Positions 37,941-51,995 of a stretch of 64,000 nucleotides of DNA are shown here, one piece after another. The position numbers and the translations under genes are program-made. The DNA comes from Callorhinchus milii (lineage: Eukaryota). The first letter of the stretch is position 1; the number at the start of each line of letters is the position of its first letter. The notes below the pieces were generated by a model. It was not told where the DNA came from. It ran no database searches and was given only the letters and a program-made list of their open reading frames with translations. Location: NCBI RefSeq assembly GCF_018977255.1, contig NW_024704743.1, positions 58,530,001 to 58,594,000 on the forward strand. Reading direction: 5' to 3'.

Positions 37941-38545
37941 ATAACAACAACAAAATTACATTTGTAAAGCTCCTTTGACATCGGGAAGACATCCCAAGGC
38001 ACTGGATAGACAGAGTTACAGACCTGAGTTGAGGGTCGGGGTGGGGGAGGGGGGAGGGCAGGGGGGGAAGCAGGGAGATCAAAAGCACGGTCGAAGAGGA
38101 GGGTCTTGAGGTGGGTCTTGAATGTGGCGAGGGAGAGGGTGAGACGAAGGGACTGCGGGATGGAGTTCCAAAGGGTGGGTGCAGAGTGCCAGAAGGCCCC
38201 GAGCAAGGCAGGAAACGTGAAGCAGGCCGGAGCCCACTGAGTGGAGGGAGTGAACAGGGGGTTAGGAGGTCAGAGAGGTAGAGGAGAGCAAGACCGTGGA
38301 GGGCTTTGAAGGTGAGGAGGACCAAGATCTTGAACTGTATCCTCTGTGTGATGGGAAGCCAGTGGAGTTGGGCAAGGATGGGGGTGATAGAGTCACGGAG
38401 CCTGGTGCAGGAGAGGGCACGAGCTGCAGAGTTCTGGATGATCTGCAGCCTGTGGAGGGAGGAGTTTGGGAGGCCGACAAGCAGTGAGTTTGCATAGTCG
38501 AGCCTCGATGTAATGAAGGCGTGTATGAGGGTTTCGGCGGTCTGC
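37941..38545 (-). mobile_element. L2 LINE 3' portion
   Basis: [20 protein letters not shown]…LAQLHWLPITQRIQFKIL and L2 tail. Confidence 0.92.
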
Positions 38546-38849
38546 AAGTTGGTGTTACTATAAATGCTGTAAATGCAAGTTGGTTTTACTATTGTTGTTG
38601 TTGACAAAATGTATATATTAGATGTTTGCCTACAAATACATAGTCACTACATTTTATAATAAAATCCTTTGAAACGTTTTGACAAAGTGATACGGTGCGA
38701 TATCAAATGCATATGGAAGCATTACATACTTGCTCCAAGGTGACATGTCTGGATAAATGGATGGATAAAAAAAGCTTTGAAGATCTCTTTCATCAGGATG
38801 ATATCCCTTTACTAACATCTGGTGATACAAATAATAGTTTGAATCCTTC

Positions 38850-39085
38850 CTCTGTACTCTGGGGTCCCCAAGCCTTGGCTCTTGCCCATCTGTGCCGAAT
38901 AGTCTCCAGAATTAGGTAAGCAGAATGCATCCCTCCAGGGAGAGAGTGCACATTCCATTCCAACAATCTATCTCTGGAATTCCATGTATGTGGGAAGCAT
39001 GGAAATCTCAGCTTGAGTTGGATACTCTTAAGCCTGGATCTGTGTCAGGCATCTAGCTGACTCCCACAAATAAAAAAAAGGTAAG
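38850..39085 (-). repeat. Unclassified dispersed repeat, same family as 1870-2435
   Basis: Reverse complement shares gcttaagagtatccaa…aagctgagatttccatgc…ctctctccctggaggga…gagccaaggcttggg. Confidence 0.8.
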
Positions 39086-41149
39086 CGCAGCTGGACAACA
39101 CTGGGAACAGCAAAATTGGCTTAACTCACTGAAGTGCCTTGAGACGTCCTCTCAACAGGAAAGGCACTAAATCAAATGCAAAATATACTATCATTATTCT
39201 CCCTAGTTCGAGTGCCTAGCCAGTACTGTTAAGAGCTGTGGGACATCCTCGAAACTTGAAAGGTGCTACATATGAATTTGTATTGTATTGTTTTATAACA
39301 GGAGCCAAGTGCAAAGGATCCCTGCCAGCAGCGACCAGTCATCTCCTCTGAGTTCTTCCAAAGAGCCAGGCTGGTTGGTCTGCAATCAACAAACCCTTGG
39401 AGTACTGCAGAGCTGTCTGGCTAAATAATTACCAAGACTGTCCAGAGGATCAACTTGATTCCATTGTCAGATATGTCACCTTGGAGCAAACTCAGCCCCA
39501 AAGAGGCTTATACCACCCTCCCCCCACCTCCTCCCTGGCCCAGAGCATAATGATGAGTTGATCATTAGCTATTGATATAGAGTTATCAGGAGCCAAATAG
39601 GAACACTTCCACCCCAGTGTTTACACCTCTGAGTCCCATTTATGGCCTGTGTAGACTAATCCATGGCATGTTGGAGACCTGCCTGGTTTGTATATCGTTT
39701 CACCAAGTCCACAATCAAGAGCTTAACTTTCTCATGAAGTCAACAAGATCACCGTATGTTATTGACAACATATACGGTCAATTCACTTTACAGTATATTC
39801 TGTGAAGTGCTTTGAGATTTCTCGAAGACGTGATAAAGCTATATCAAATCCAAGGATTATTATTATTATCACAGACTCACCTCCCTGATTTTTTTCTAGA
39901 GGAGGATAGTGACATATTAATGATCAGATTCCAGTTGAATGTGGATTTGAACTCTAATGAGATGCATAGCTGGTACTAGAATCTTCCCCCGACAGATGTG
40001 GTGAGTGGAATCACATTTGCAGCTTATGTTCAGGCTTCTGCTCTTTCATTTCTCAAGCTTTCCTTCTGGTTGTCACTTTGAAAGTAAATTTTGCAATAAC
40101 TTATTTGTGTTTTCTATTAACAACAGATTTACTCCTTTAAAAAAATAAACTTGCTGATGTCAAGTTCATTTGTACTAATGGGGAACAAAGAGATAATGGA
40201 ATTAGCTTATTACTTTTCCTTTTATATTGGAAATATTTCTCATTAAAATGTTAGCCTAATTACTCCATTTCACCTCTGTGCTGCACATACATTAAAGGGG
40301 GAGTTTTCATTACAGTAGCAACAAATTACATTTATATAGCATCATTCACGTTGAGAAGATGTCTTAAGGTGCTTGATACAACTGACTGGGCTATGAAGTG
40401 GTTTATCACAGAAGTTAACAGTAGGGTTTCTTCCACTTGATTTTACCATTTGTAAGTACAGAGAGAAACATTTGTTTGGTGTGGTTAGTAACGTTTAGGC
40501 TACCATTGATTTATTTAAAAAATTGTAGGAATAAAAATTCTTTACACGCTTGTCCACATCTTTGTCACCTCTCACCTCTACTATTCAAACACCCTCATTG
40601 TCAATCTCCCCAGCTCCACTATCCACAAAATCAAACTGCTCCAAAACTCTGTCATCCATATACTCACTCACGCCGCACCCCATCACACCAGTCCTCGCCA
40701 GGCTCCACTATCATTTCAAAATCCTCTCACTCACCTACAAATCCCTTTATGCCCTTGCACCTCCCTCCCTCTCCAACCTGCTTATTCTCCACACCACCAT
40801 CTGACACCTTTCCCACTGGGAGGGAATAAAATTATGAGAGGGTCAACCCTGGCAACTGGTTACCAAGCAACACTGGTGGAAATCTAGTAACAGCTACAGA
40901 AACTGCACAACAGTGAGTGATTAAGAATGGTGATGTACCTCCAAAAATACAATTACCATCTCCCCGCACACACACAAAAACAACACAAATCTGAAATGTA
41001 ATTTACAACAAAATACAAATGTTTGTGAATCAGCTACTCAAACTAAACTGGTACATTCAGTGCACAGCTATAGAGAAATTTCAAAGTGTAAATAACTCAA
41101 TCAGGCGCTTATAATTTTCCTAAAGTATGTTTCATGATCCATAAGAAGT

Positions 41150-42100
41150 TGACACCTAGGATGGGTACCATTTACAGTCATTAGGCACTTGTACCAAATG
41201 GTTCAGCAGTTGTTATGGAAACAGGCAATGAATATAGAGGGTGTGCCTGGAATGACAGTCTTGGATGAAGGTCTCCAGTTAGACATCAGGATATGAAGAC
41301 GATGATGAATTGCTTGCTAATAGCAATTTATCAACCCTAGGTACAACATAAATGCTAGGTTTAACATTGCCCTATCATTGCCAAAGTGGAGACAATGCAA
41401 AGGCTGTCTTGAAAGGTCTTAACTGTCAGACAAAATATAGTTAATGGCTAAACATGGTACACTAGTGTAATTAAGTTACGTTTCTAACACTTATTCTCAT
41501 ATGTAAGTAAATTACACCAAAAAATAAATATCATCCAAATTAGTTGGGAAAAACCTTTGTTAACTCCATCCTGTATTCATTCCTAGGAGTAGTTTGACAC
41601 AAACTACCAAAATATATATATACCAAAATATAAACACGAAGAGCTATCTATCATTGAGCGCTAACTATTATTATCTATAGTGGCTTCCTTCTATACTATA
41701 ACCTTTCTAAGAGTTACAACGCTTAGCTTTTCTTTACTTTTATGAAATCTCAAATCATAGATGAATGTGAAATGCTGAATTCAGTCAAACAGAGACCCAG
41801 CGTTTCTCATGATCTCAGTCTTTAAGGTTACACACAATTTTAAAAAATTCTTGATTCAGAAGTCGATATTCCTCAGGTTATAAAGAGAACTATGGAAAAA
41901 CGGCTTAAAACTGAACTTAAGAATTCTCCAAAATTCTAAACAATCATAAATGTTAAGATAATGCTCTTAATACTAAGACAATGAGAAGTTTTGGACCTCA
42001 GGATAGTATTCTTGGTGATATAATGCAGTACATTATAGGGCATAGAATCATACTTGAGCCCATTATCAACATTGACTTGTTTACTTTTAGTGGTTGATTT
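41150..42100 (+). mobile_element. Highly degraded Gypsy-like pol remnant (integrase region)
   Basis: Collinear weak motifs LYQMVQQLLW, LGTT*MLGLTLPY…NCQ, DPAFLM and MRSFGPQDSIL, resembling Gypsy integrase and its flanks. Confidence 0.35.
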
Positions 42101-42671
42101 TAAGGATGTAACTGTGATACTTTTCTATCAGGGTGTAGGGATACTACAATATATGGAGCAGTAGTCGTTCCCAGTCAGCTGTGAAGATTCAATCCCTTGA
42201 AATTTTCAGTGATAGTGTCACAGATTCAGCCTTTCAACAACGATATTGTAACACATAACTGAATGGAGCATCAAGTGTTGACCAATGAAACCTACTATTA
42301 AATTGCATTTCATGGTAGCCATGCCCAAGAACAGATTTGATTTATTGCTATAAATAGCAATGCTGTATTACAAACCATAATGAGGGGTGGGAGTGATGAT
42401 ATGAAAATGATTTCATCTCAGGTTGAAGTGATAATAAACCACCTAATCTTCACTCACGATTAGCTCCCACAGTTTACACTGTCATCAGTGCCCTGTAATG
42501 AGGTTATCTTCTTGAAAACATATCCACCATTATTCTCTGTAGAACTGCATTTCCTAAAAGAAAACTGAATTTTGTATTGTAACACACTAAATTAAGGAGA
42601 TTTCAGAGACATATTTCCTCTGTATCACTTCTTCCCTCACCTAGTTCAAATTCCATCTCAAGACAAATACG

Positions 42672-43058
42672 ATAATAATAATCTTGCATTTGGTATAGCA
42701 CCTTATCACAGCAGAAGGACGTTTCAAAGAGCTTCACAGGAACTACTGTGAAATGGAGTAACTGTATTTGTAGGCAAACCCGGCAAAACAATTGCGCACA
42801 GCAATGTCCCAAAAGCAGCCAAGAAAGGAATGACCTTTTTGTTTATTTGGAGGATTGTTGCTCAGGATACTGTGGGAAACTTCTTTTTCTTGAATAATGC
42901 ATTGGGTTCATTCACGTCCACCTGAATAGACGGGACCTGGTTTAACATCTCATCCGAAAAAAACAGCCCCTCCAACATTGCAACAGACCCCTGGCACTGC
43001 ATTGGAATGTCATTTTAGACTATATGAGTCCAAGTCCCAGCATGGGATTTGAACCCAG
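42672..43058 (-). mobile_element. Older DeuSINE
   Basis: Collinear with the other copies; followed by an inverted DeuSINE piece at 43063-43128. Confidence 0.78.
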
Positions 43059-43159
43059 ACATGTTGCATTGTTGGAGATGCTGTCTTTCGGATGAGACAT
43101 GAAACCAAGGTCCTGTCTGCCTATTCAAAAAGAGATTTTCTGATTCAGTAAATCTCAAA

Positions 43160-44240
43160 GATTTACAAAGAATGTACAGTATGGAAAGAGGCCACTCAGC
43201 CCAACCAGTCCGTGCTGTGAATCTCCACCCATTCCTTACTCCCTCCCATACATTTCTATTCCCCTCACCCTCATGTGCAGGTCTAGCTTTCTCTTGAATG
43301 CATCTATATAATCAGATTCAACCACCGCTTCAAACAGCAAGTTCTACAATCTCGCTACTCTCTGCGTGAAGTAGTTCCTCTAAAGTCTCTTTTAGAGCCC
43401 TTTGTCACTATCTTATACTGATGTACCTCTGACCATCATGTTGCCCCTCCTCACCCCCTTCAGCACTCACCCCCAGCTCAGGTGCCCAGCCAGAAGTAAC
43501 AAGCACTTTGGGATATCCTCCCAGTATGAAAGATGCTATGTAGATGAAAATGTGTATTTGTTTTTATTGAAGAATAGAATATTTTGGGGCATAACCCAGG
43601 CCTTTAAATTACTGAGAGGCACATATTGATTGTAGGATGGGCTTTTTGACTTAGACTTTTAAGTGAGACTAAAGATTCAAAGAAACATTTTTCTCTCCCA
43701 CATCGTTGTCAAGATGTGGAACCAGCTCCCAACTAAAGTGATTCATTCAGCATTAATTAACTCTTTGTAAGGAGAACAATATATGTTAATATATGGAGAA
43801 CAGTATATGTTAAATGGAAAAAAATAAAAAGAGTAGAAGAGTAGAGAAATTAGGGGTTAAAATCAATATTAGATTCTAAGAGAGAACTAGATAGGTATTT
43901 AAAAGGAGTAAGTTGCAGTGATATGGGGAAAACATGGGTAAATAGCACTGCATGAATCGCTCTTTCAAAGTGTTGCTCTTTTCAAATACAAACACAATGG
44001 GGTGAATGGCCTTACATTTCAGGACAAACTCTAGGAAACTTTCTTTACTTAAAGGTAAGAAATGTCTGGAACAGGTTGCCAGGAAAGATGAGGTCAGGAC
44101 ACTGGACTTGTTTAAAAAAGAGCAATCTCTTATGGAGAACTAGACACATTTGGAGTGATTGATGCTGTGATGGGAGGATGGTAAAAGGGTATTCTGGAAG
44201 AATGAAATCAGATGGACCAAAGAGCCTTTATCATACCAAA
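43160..44240. mobile_element. Cluster of degraded CR1 3' fragments in both orientations, plus an L2 tail
   Basis: CR1 3'UTR on minus at 43160-43400. RNIF…VKMWNQLP and RNVWNRLP remnants on plus. Confidence 0.6.
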
Positions 44241-45061
44241 ACTTGCTATCTTCTGTATTGTAAATTTCCCTGGTTTTATGTTTATGTTGTGCTTTTTGAG
44301 ATGAAGGATATCGTCTGATCAATCTTTTGTGTTCTAATAGGTAAGTTTCTAAGCCATCCACTTATCACATAACATAACCTAAGGAGACTACACAACCAAA
44401 TTCTGAAATTCTGAACATCTGTCAGAGTAATAACTCCAAACGTCTCTGGTTCTCCAAAGCCGATTGCTCTTCTCTTCTAATTCCCAACAAGTAATAAGAC
44501 TTGGATTTGAGCTGGAAAAATCTCTATTAACATGCCGCCATTGCTGACCACTGTTGAACCAGTGTTGCTCTTAAACATTATTTGATCTGAACAGGTAACA
44601 GTTGCTTTATGGCAGTGATAGAAAAGNAAAAACATGGTTCAGTTTACTTTCTGTCATTAACAATAACAACAACTAATTGCATTTATATAGTGCCTTTCAT
44701 GTTGGGAGGACATCCTAAGGTGCTGAAAAGTTTCCAATTCACATGTCAAAGCATGGAGCACTTTAGGGTGAAAGTTATTTATTGGCATTTAATGTATTGA
44801 TTTTTTAACAATTACATTGGGGTAAATTTGCAGTCCTGTTAAAGGATTAAATTGTATATGCTTTGACACTCCAATGCAATGCTGGGAGTGTGCTGCAATA
44901 TTGGAAGTACCATCCTTCAGATGAAATGTCAAACTGAGGTCCTGTTCTGGTGGACTTTAAAGTTTTAAAGACGTGATATGCCACTATATCAAGTGCAAGA
45001 ATTATTATAAAGATCCCATGGCACTACTCGAAAAGAATAAATTCCTGTAAAGCGCATTGAG

Positions 45062-45340
45062 ATAATAATAATAATCCTTTCATTTGATATAGCGCTTTTC
45101 ACATCTTTGAGACATCTCAAAGGCTTCACAGAATATACTGTAAAGTGAATTGACTGTATATTTTGTGAGCAAAACGCGGAAGCCAATTACACACAGCAGT
45201 GTCCTACAAACAGCCATGGATTGAGTGACCAAATTATTACTTTTTTGTATTTGTTTTTTGAAGGGATTATTACCCCCTGGAAAAGCGATCCACCAATCGA
45301 CTAACAACCGAGTTACTAGTTACTGCTAGGTAAGCGGAGA
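45062..45340 (-). mobile_element. Long-subfamily SINE, head missing
   Basis: Near-identical to 16766-17045. Confidence 0.88.
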
Positions 45341-45834
45341 CATCTCAATGATGTAATAAGGCGCTATATCAAATGCAAGGATTATTTGCTGATTGTTGCA
45401 TGTGTTAAATAAGGAATGTTTAATATTTAAAAACTACCAGCAGATGGAGCACCTCTCTCCAGGTAAGAGGAATCATCCATTTCCACCTCACCCAACCCCA
45501 TTGTTGTTGCGAATCCAATGATTTTTTGCATGTAATGTATGATCACCGGGTGACTTTTGTTTTTTTTGTTTAATATTTGTTTTCCGAGCTTGATCAATTG
45601 GCCCAGAAATAACTTCAAAGCATCAAAATGGTCTAGGACTCAGGATCACTTAAAGGTTCTGGGCCAGGGAGAGCACAGATTGTTCTCCCCTTCAGCTGAT
45701 GAAACAAAAACAAACTAAAGAAACAAAACAGCTACAAGTCCCGTTAGTGATTAAAAAATTCAAAACAAAAATGGCATTGGGCAAAAGGTGCTCCACCTTG
45801 TGGCAGTTATCTAACATTCCTTATATTACACAAG

Positions 45835-46430
45835 ATTATCTACAAGATTGGTTTGGATGAAGAAGGCCCTTTGGCCCATTTAATCTCATCTTTCCAAAGT
45901 AACCACTTTTCCCTCTTTCCCGCTTCTTTTGCAGCTTCATGCTTTTTTTTAAATTTCCTGCTTGAATCACCTGCCTCTGCGTAAAGGAAAATTTGCAACT
46001 CCAAACCCATCTCTTCTTGTTCTGTTGTCTTGATCCATCCAAAAGTATTTTACCTTTTTTACTTTTACAATCCCATTTAAAATACATTACACCTTTATAA
46101 GATGGCCTCTGAGACATGTTCTCTCAAGGCGAACAACACAAGGTGTGCTTTCTATGTTTCTCTATAGAAACATAGAAAATGTCGGCATGAATGGAGGCCA
46201 CATTGGGTACAATGTGGCTGCTATCTATATTACTATGTCATTTTTATCATTAATTTAAATTTCCATCTTTTTCTTATATTCAGATTATTTTTTACTGCCC
46301 AGATTGTTATCTAGTTCTCTTTTTAAGCATTACATTGATCTAGCTTCAAAAGCCACTTCTGGCAATGAATTCCAATCCTGGCAGTCCTCTGAGCGAAGAA
46401 ATTCCTTCCATTATGTGTGAAAGCTTTCTG
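45835..46430 (-). mobile_element. Degraded CR1 3' fragments
   Basis: FSFTQR and NFFAQR remnants, CR1-like 3'UTRs and catagaaa tail. Confidence 0.55.
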
Positions 46431-46699
46431 TGAGGCATGTTAATAATGAAGCATTGATGCTTTTATTCACAAAGCCTCCAGGACTCAAATGAAGTACTTT
46501 GATTCAAAATTATTCTCAAAATATTATAGACTTGTAACATTACAAACTATAGATCTATCTTTAGCTTTGGAACTTTTGCAAAATGCCCCTATTAACATAA
46601 ATTTAAGTCTTGTCACCACAGAAATACAGTATTGTGTCAACGCTATTCTTAAACCTCAGCAGAACAGCTGATTACTAACTTATAATAATTATTCATTTG

Positions 46700-47115
46700 T
46701 ATTATTCACCTTAACATGTCGCCAAGACATCTCAAAGAGTTTGGCCAAATTTTACTTTTTCTTAGGCCTCTTTCATCAAAGTGTAGAGACTGTATTAGTA
46801 GGCAAATGTGGTAACCACGTTGTCAATTGCAATGTCCTACCAATGGCCATGAAATGAATTATCAATTTTATCTGGAGGATTGTTGACCGGGAGAAATTCC
46901 CTTCTCTTTTCAAATGGTGGAGTGGGTCAGTAACATCCTCCTGAACAAGCAGACAGAACGTTAGTTTAATGTTTCATCTGAAAGGAAGCATCTCCACTGA
47001 TGCAACACTTCCCCAGAATTGCACTACTTACTCTACGAGCTTTGAGTTCCAAAGTGGGGCTTGAATCTACAATCATCTGATTCAGAGGCAAGAGTGCTGA
47101 CATCTGGATAAGTTG
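46700..47115 (-). mobile_element. Older DeuSINE, diverged
   Basis: Collinear with the other copies. Confidence 0.7.
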
Positions 47116-48020
47116 GTAGTACTCCTTGGGACACATGGTATGACAAGATGGTAGGGTGGGTGTGTTGGAAGAATGAGATCAAATCGACACAAGGGCTTTC
47201 CTCCAAATGAATTTTGTGTTCTTGTGAAATAAGTCCAATATTTTATTCTTATAAAATAATACAGTGCATGAGAAAAACAAGTCAATAACTTTCTTAAGAA
47301 AGACTGATTATCATTTGCACACTCAATGCTTCCCTGAAAGTAGGGTTATCCACTTTATGCTGAGGACTATAATCCTAATCTTTCTCTGTTTCTATCTGCC
47401 CGTCTCCATTAATATCCCTCATCCAGTAAAAGGAGATTGAATGCCCAATTGAATGCCCAAGGTTCAGGGCCCTAATCACATCAAAGAATGATAATAACTG
47501 GAATATCAGTAAAATGGTCATAATATCCAAGAAAGTTCAGTGCAATTTATTACCATTAGCAAATTCATTGTTCTGCAAAGCCTTTATCCAATAAGTTACA
47601 GGACCCCTCCATATCTATTTCACAAACTGAAAAATAAAAATGTCTTCCTCCTGGAATCAATACAGTGAGTGAACAACATGACGATGTCTTAAGGCCAGGT
47701 TAATTCTATACAATTTTGGAGAAGTGTGGTTCTCTTGTCTGAAGACTCAATCCCAAAGAGCATCAACGTTTAGAACATTATCTTTTATGGTATTTTGTTT
47801 TCCTTCAAATTACTTAAAGTAAAGATTGCTTCAGTCCACAAGGATAATGTAATTTACAGGCTTCAAGACTGAAGGTGATTTGGTTAATTTTGCTGTCGAG
47901 TAAGGTAGACCTGCTACATTAACAAGTCAATAAATAAAGATTCTGTCCCATTTAATTACAGTCATGATTCCGCCCAATTGAGCATGTTTGTTACAAGTAG
48001 TCACATGACAAACATGTAAT

Positions 48021-50920
48021 ACAACAAAAAAATTACATTTGTATAGCGACTTTCAGGTCGGAAGAATGTCCCAAGGCACTGGACAATCAGTGTTTCAGAC
48101 CAGAGCTGGTGGTCAGGATTGGGGAGGGTGCAGAGCAGAGAGGGAAGCTTGGTAATCAAAAGCATAGTCGAAGAGGAGGGGCTTCCGATAGGTCTTGAAG
48201 GAGGCAAGGGAGGGGTCAAGACAGAGGCACTGCGGGATGGAGTTCCAGAGGGTGGGGGTAGAGTGGCAGAAGGCCCGCTTGCCAAAAGTGGGGCGGGCGA
48301 GACAGGGAACGTGAAGAAGGCCGGAGCCCGCTGAGCAGAGGGAGCGAGCAGATTAGTAGGGGTTTAGGAGGTCGCAGAGGTAGGGGGGAGCAAGGCCATG
48401 TTGGGCTTTGAAAGTTAGGACCAGGATCTTGAACTATATCCTTTGTGTGATGGGAAGCCAGTGGAGTCAGGTGAGGATGGGGGTGATAGGGACACGGAGC
48501 CTGGTGCGTGAGAGGACATTGGCTGCAGAGTTCTGCAGCCTATGGAGGGAGGAGTTGGGGAGACCGACAAGCAAAGAGTTTGCATAGTCAAGCCTCGATG
48601 TAATGAATGCATGAGGGAACATATAGATATTGAAGAAGGGGGACCAAGGACAGAGCCCTGAGGAACGCTGCATGAGACATTGCGGGGGCTAGAGGAGAAA
48701 CTGTTTGTGGAGATGAAGCGGAGACGGTGTGAGAGGTACGATCTGAACCAGTCAAGGACAGAACCATGAAGGTTGATGTGTGAGGAGAAGGATAGAGTGA
48801 TCAATGGTATTGTGAAGGCAGCAGAGAGGTCAAGGAGGATGAGGAGGCAGAGGAATCCCTGGTCGCAGATGGACAAGATGTTAGTTGGCACTTTGACAAA
48901 AGCTGTTGCTGTGCTGTGGGTGGCACAGAAACCCAATTGGAGGGGTTCCTGAAGGGATTGGCGGGAGAGGAAGGAACAAAGCTGGGAAACAACGACTCAT
49001 ACCACGACCTTGGAAAGGAATAATAATATAATAATAATAATCCTTGGCGATGTGGCGGTAATTAAGGAGTAGAGAAGGGTGCAGGGAGGGTTTTTTAAGG
49101 ATAGGAGTGATGACAGAAGTTTTTAAAGGGGTGGGAACAGTGCCAATAGACAGGGAGAGGTTTATGATGTCTGTGATTAGAGGGGCAAGGAGGTGGAGCT
49201 GGGAGGTAAGGAGAGGGGTAGGGATCGGTTGAGGGAGTAGGTGGTCGGATTCATACGGGTTATAATGGTGGTGAGAGAAGAGTGGAAGACAGGTTCGAAG
49301 GTGTGGAGGGAGGGATGGGTAGGGGCCAGTGTGTGAGGGGGAGATGGGGAGGGGGTAGTAGATGGAAGGGCGAGGCAGCTGAGCAGATCCCCTTGAGTTT
49401 GGATTTGAGGAAGTCCAGCATCGCCTCGCAGTTGGCGTAGGAGGACAGGATGGGCGAGGTGTGAGAGGGTAAGTAGAGGAGCCGGTTGATGAGGGAGAAG
49501 AGGAGCCTGGGATTGTCCTTGGCCTCCAAGATTGTCTTGCAGTAGAACTATGATTTGGCGGGTGGAGCGGTAAGATTTGATAATGTCCAGTCAGAATTAC
49601 CGATGGACTGTTAAGTTGGATTTGAGCCAGGTGCATGCAGCAGGGAGCGGAGGTGGCTGGTGTGCCAGGGTGACTTTCGGGGTAGGAGATGGTTTGGGAA
49701 GTGAGGGGAGCAAGGGCGTTGAGAGTGGTGGATAGGGCGTTGTGGAGGAGAGTTACCGAGGAGGATAGGTCATTGTGGGAGGAAGCCCAAAGGAGGAGGA
49801 GTTCAGATGACTCCAAGGCAATGGAGAAGCAGGGGGGGATGATATTTTTCCAGGGGTGGTAGGAGATGGAGGTGGGTTGGATGTTGGTGGAGACAGGGAT
49901 TGAGGAGTTAAGGGAGATGAAGTAATGGTCCAAGATGGCTTTGTCAGCAATGGTGAGGTCTGAGGCAGGGCGACCCTGGGTGACTGGGAATGTGGGTGGC
50001 AGAGTGGATGTGGAGTGAGAGGTTGAGAGAGGAGCGGAGGGAGGAAATGTCAGCAGGATAGAGGTAGAGCAGGAGGGGGTGAAGTGAAGGTTGAAGTTGC
50101 CTAGAATGAGGAGGCGCTCAGAGCAGAGGGAGAGGGAAGATAGGAGGATGGAGTTCCTGGGTGGGAGAGGGCTTGGGGGACGATAGATGAGGTGAATTTT
50201 GAGGGAAAGGTTGGAGGGGTGATAAAGGTAAGGTGCTCAAAGGAGGGGAAAGTTCCAAAGGATTAAAGGGATAGGCCGAGTGGGGACTGGGAAATGAGAG
50301 TCACTACCACTACCACGGCGGTTAGATCGAGGGGTATGAGAGAAGACATAGCCGGGTGGTGTGGCCTTTATCAGGGGGAAGGTGTCACCTGGAGTGATCC
50401 AGGTTTCAGTGAGGGCGAGAATGTCAATGTTTTCAGCAAAAATGAGGTCTTGGATAGTGAGTGTTTTGTTGGAGAGGGACTGGACATTTTGTGGACTAAT
50501 GTGGAGGGGACAGTTGGTGGCGAAATGTGAGGGGTGAGGCGTGGGGGAGGGGAAGGACTGACAGGGAAGGTGGGGATGTGGATCAGAGAGGAGAGGTCAA
50601 CCCTGTGGTCGGGGACCGATGAGCCATGCGGTGAGAATGGGGGATAGGACAGTCCGAGCGGCTGCTGTTGGACAGCCAGCAGTGACTCCCACGTTGGGCC
50701 CGATGGAGAATTCGCAGGCTGGAGCAAAAGGAGGCTGGAATTGTTGAGCAGGGATAGGAGTCGGGGAGGATGGTGGGAGAGGAGGAATGATCAGGAGTTG
50801 TGGAGAGTAGAGGACAGGGGTGGGAGCGTTTTGGGGAAGCAGCTCAGGTTGGTGGGTCTGACAAAATGCGTAGGCCAAGACTAAGAGTGAACGGGGGGGG
50901 ATGGTGGGAGGTCAGCGTGG
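48021..50920 (-). mobile_element. Longest L2 LINE copy: APE endonuclease, partial RT and 3' tail, with internal deletions
   Basis: Minus strand gives QNVQSLSNK…DILALTETW, IYRPP and LGNFNLH (endonuclease), then VPQGSVLGP. The YADD region is deleted (IYMFP joins [10 protein letters not shown] at about 48615). Confidence 0.9.
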
Positions 50921-51639
50921 CATAAAATACAACAGAAGCTGGGAATGTACAATTGCAGTGTATAATATGCTTTACAAAACATTTTGTAATACAAGTTCTG
51001 GATTAGATTTATATTTATTGATGCATTTCTGCTCTTTATTTCAATATTTTTGAAAGTGAAAAATGCACAGATCATGACACTGGAGGAACAGACCAGTTTT
51101 GGTGCCTGCCAGTATGTCTATGTGAGTTAACTTTGATTCATATCCATGGTTCAAATGACAATGATAACCATCAGTTGTTTTACCACCTACCTAACACCAA
51201 TCTGAGAAATAGCTTTTAGCTCTATTGGTAAAGAGTATTTTCGTGATGCTACTCTGTATTCTTCACTGTTAGTTTAGCACAGCAGTAATTGATAACCATG
51301 TGTGGACAAAGGCACCAATTTTGCAAATTATAGGGTACAAATCACATTGACTTTAGTTAGTTTAATATTTCCTAATAATATCAAACCATTAATGTACTAA
51401 TACCTTAGACATTTTTTTGCTGCCCACAGTCTTATATCAATATATTAAAATGAGTCTTTTACACACATAATAATCCTTAAATTTGATATAAAGTCTTTCA
51501 TGTCAGGAGGACCCCCAAAAGTGTATAGTATACACTTGTCCATGCGTTTGTCACCTCCCAACTACGCTTCTCAAATGCCCTCTTTGCCAGTCTGCCCAGC
51601 TCAACCATGCACGAGATCCAGCAGATCCCAAACTCCACC

Positions 51640-51995
51640 ACAAGTACATGTATTTTGTAGGCACACATGGCAGTCAATTTTCACACAGCAATGTCCCACA
51701 AACAGCCATGAAGTGAATGACCAATTTTATTTGGGCGATTATTGACTAGGATACTGGGAGAAACTCCCTTCTCTTTCTCAGATAATGCTGTGTGATCTTT
51801 AATGTTCACCTGACCAGGCAGACAAGGCCACAGTTTAATATCTCGTCCGAAGGATAACACCTCCAACAAGGCAGCACTTCCCCAGTCACGCACTGAAGTG
51901 TCAGCTTCAATTATATGAGTTCCAAGTTGACATTGAGCTCTAAATTCACAACCTTCTGACTCAGAGGCGAGAGTGCCCTCAATTGAGCCAGGGTG
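51640..51995 (-). mobile_element. Older Deu-domain SINE (SacSINE1/AmnSINE1-like), near full length
   Basis: Minus strand has a tRNA-like head (tggctcaattgagggcactctcgcctctgagtcagaagg) and gctgacacttcagtgc…gggaagtgctgc…ggaggtgttatcctt…taaac, resembling the remembered Deu domain. Confidence 0.8.

Noticed and set aside
44627..44627. Single N
   Set aside because: Ambiguous base call with no biological meaning.
47150..47290. FGGK…ILP reminiscent of a Helitron/PIF1 helicase motif
   Set aside because: GDFxQ and all other helicase motifs are missing; probably chance.
48881..49933. 350-aa ORF (and the 303-aa ORF at 12548-13459)
   Set aside because: Frameshifted mosaics of L2 ORF2, not host genes.
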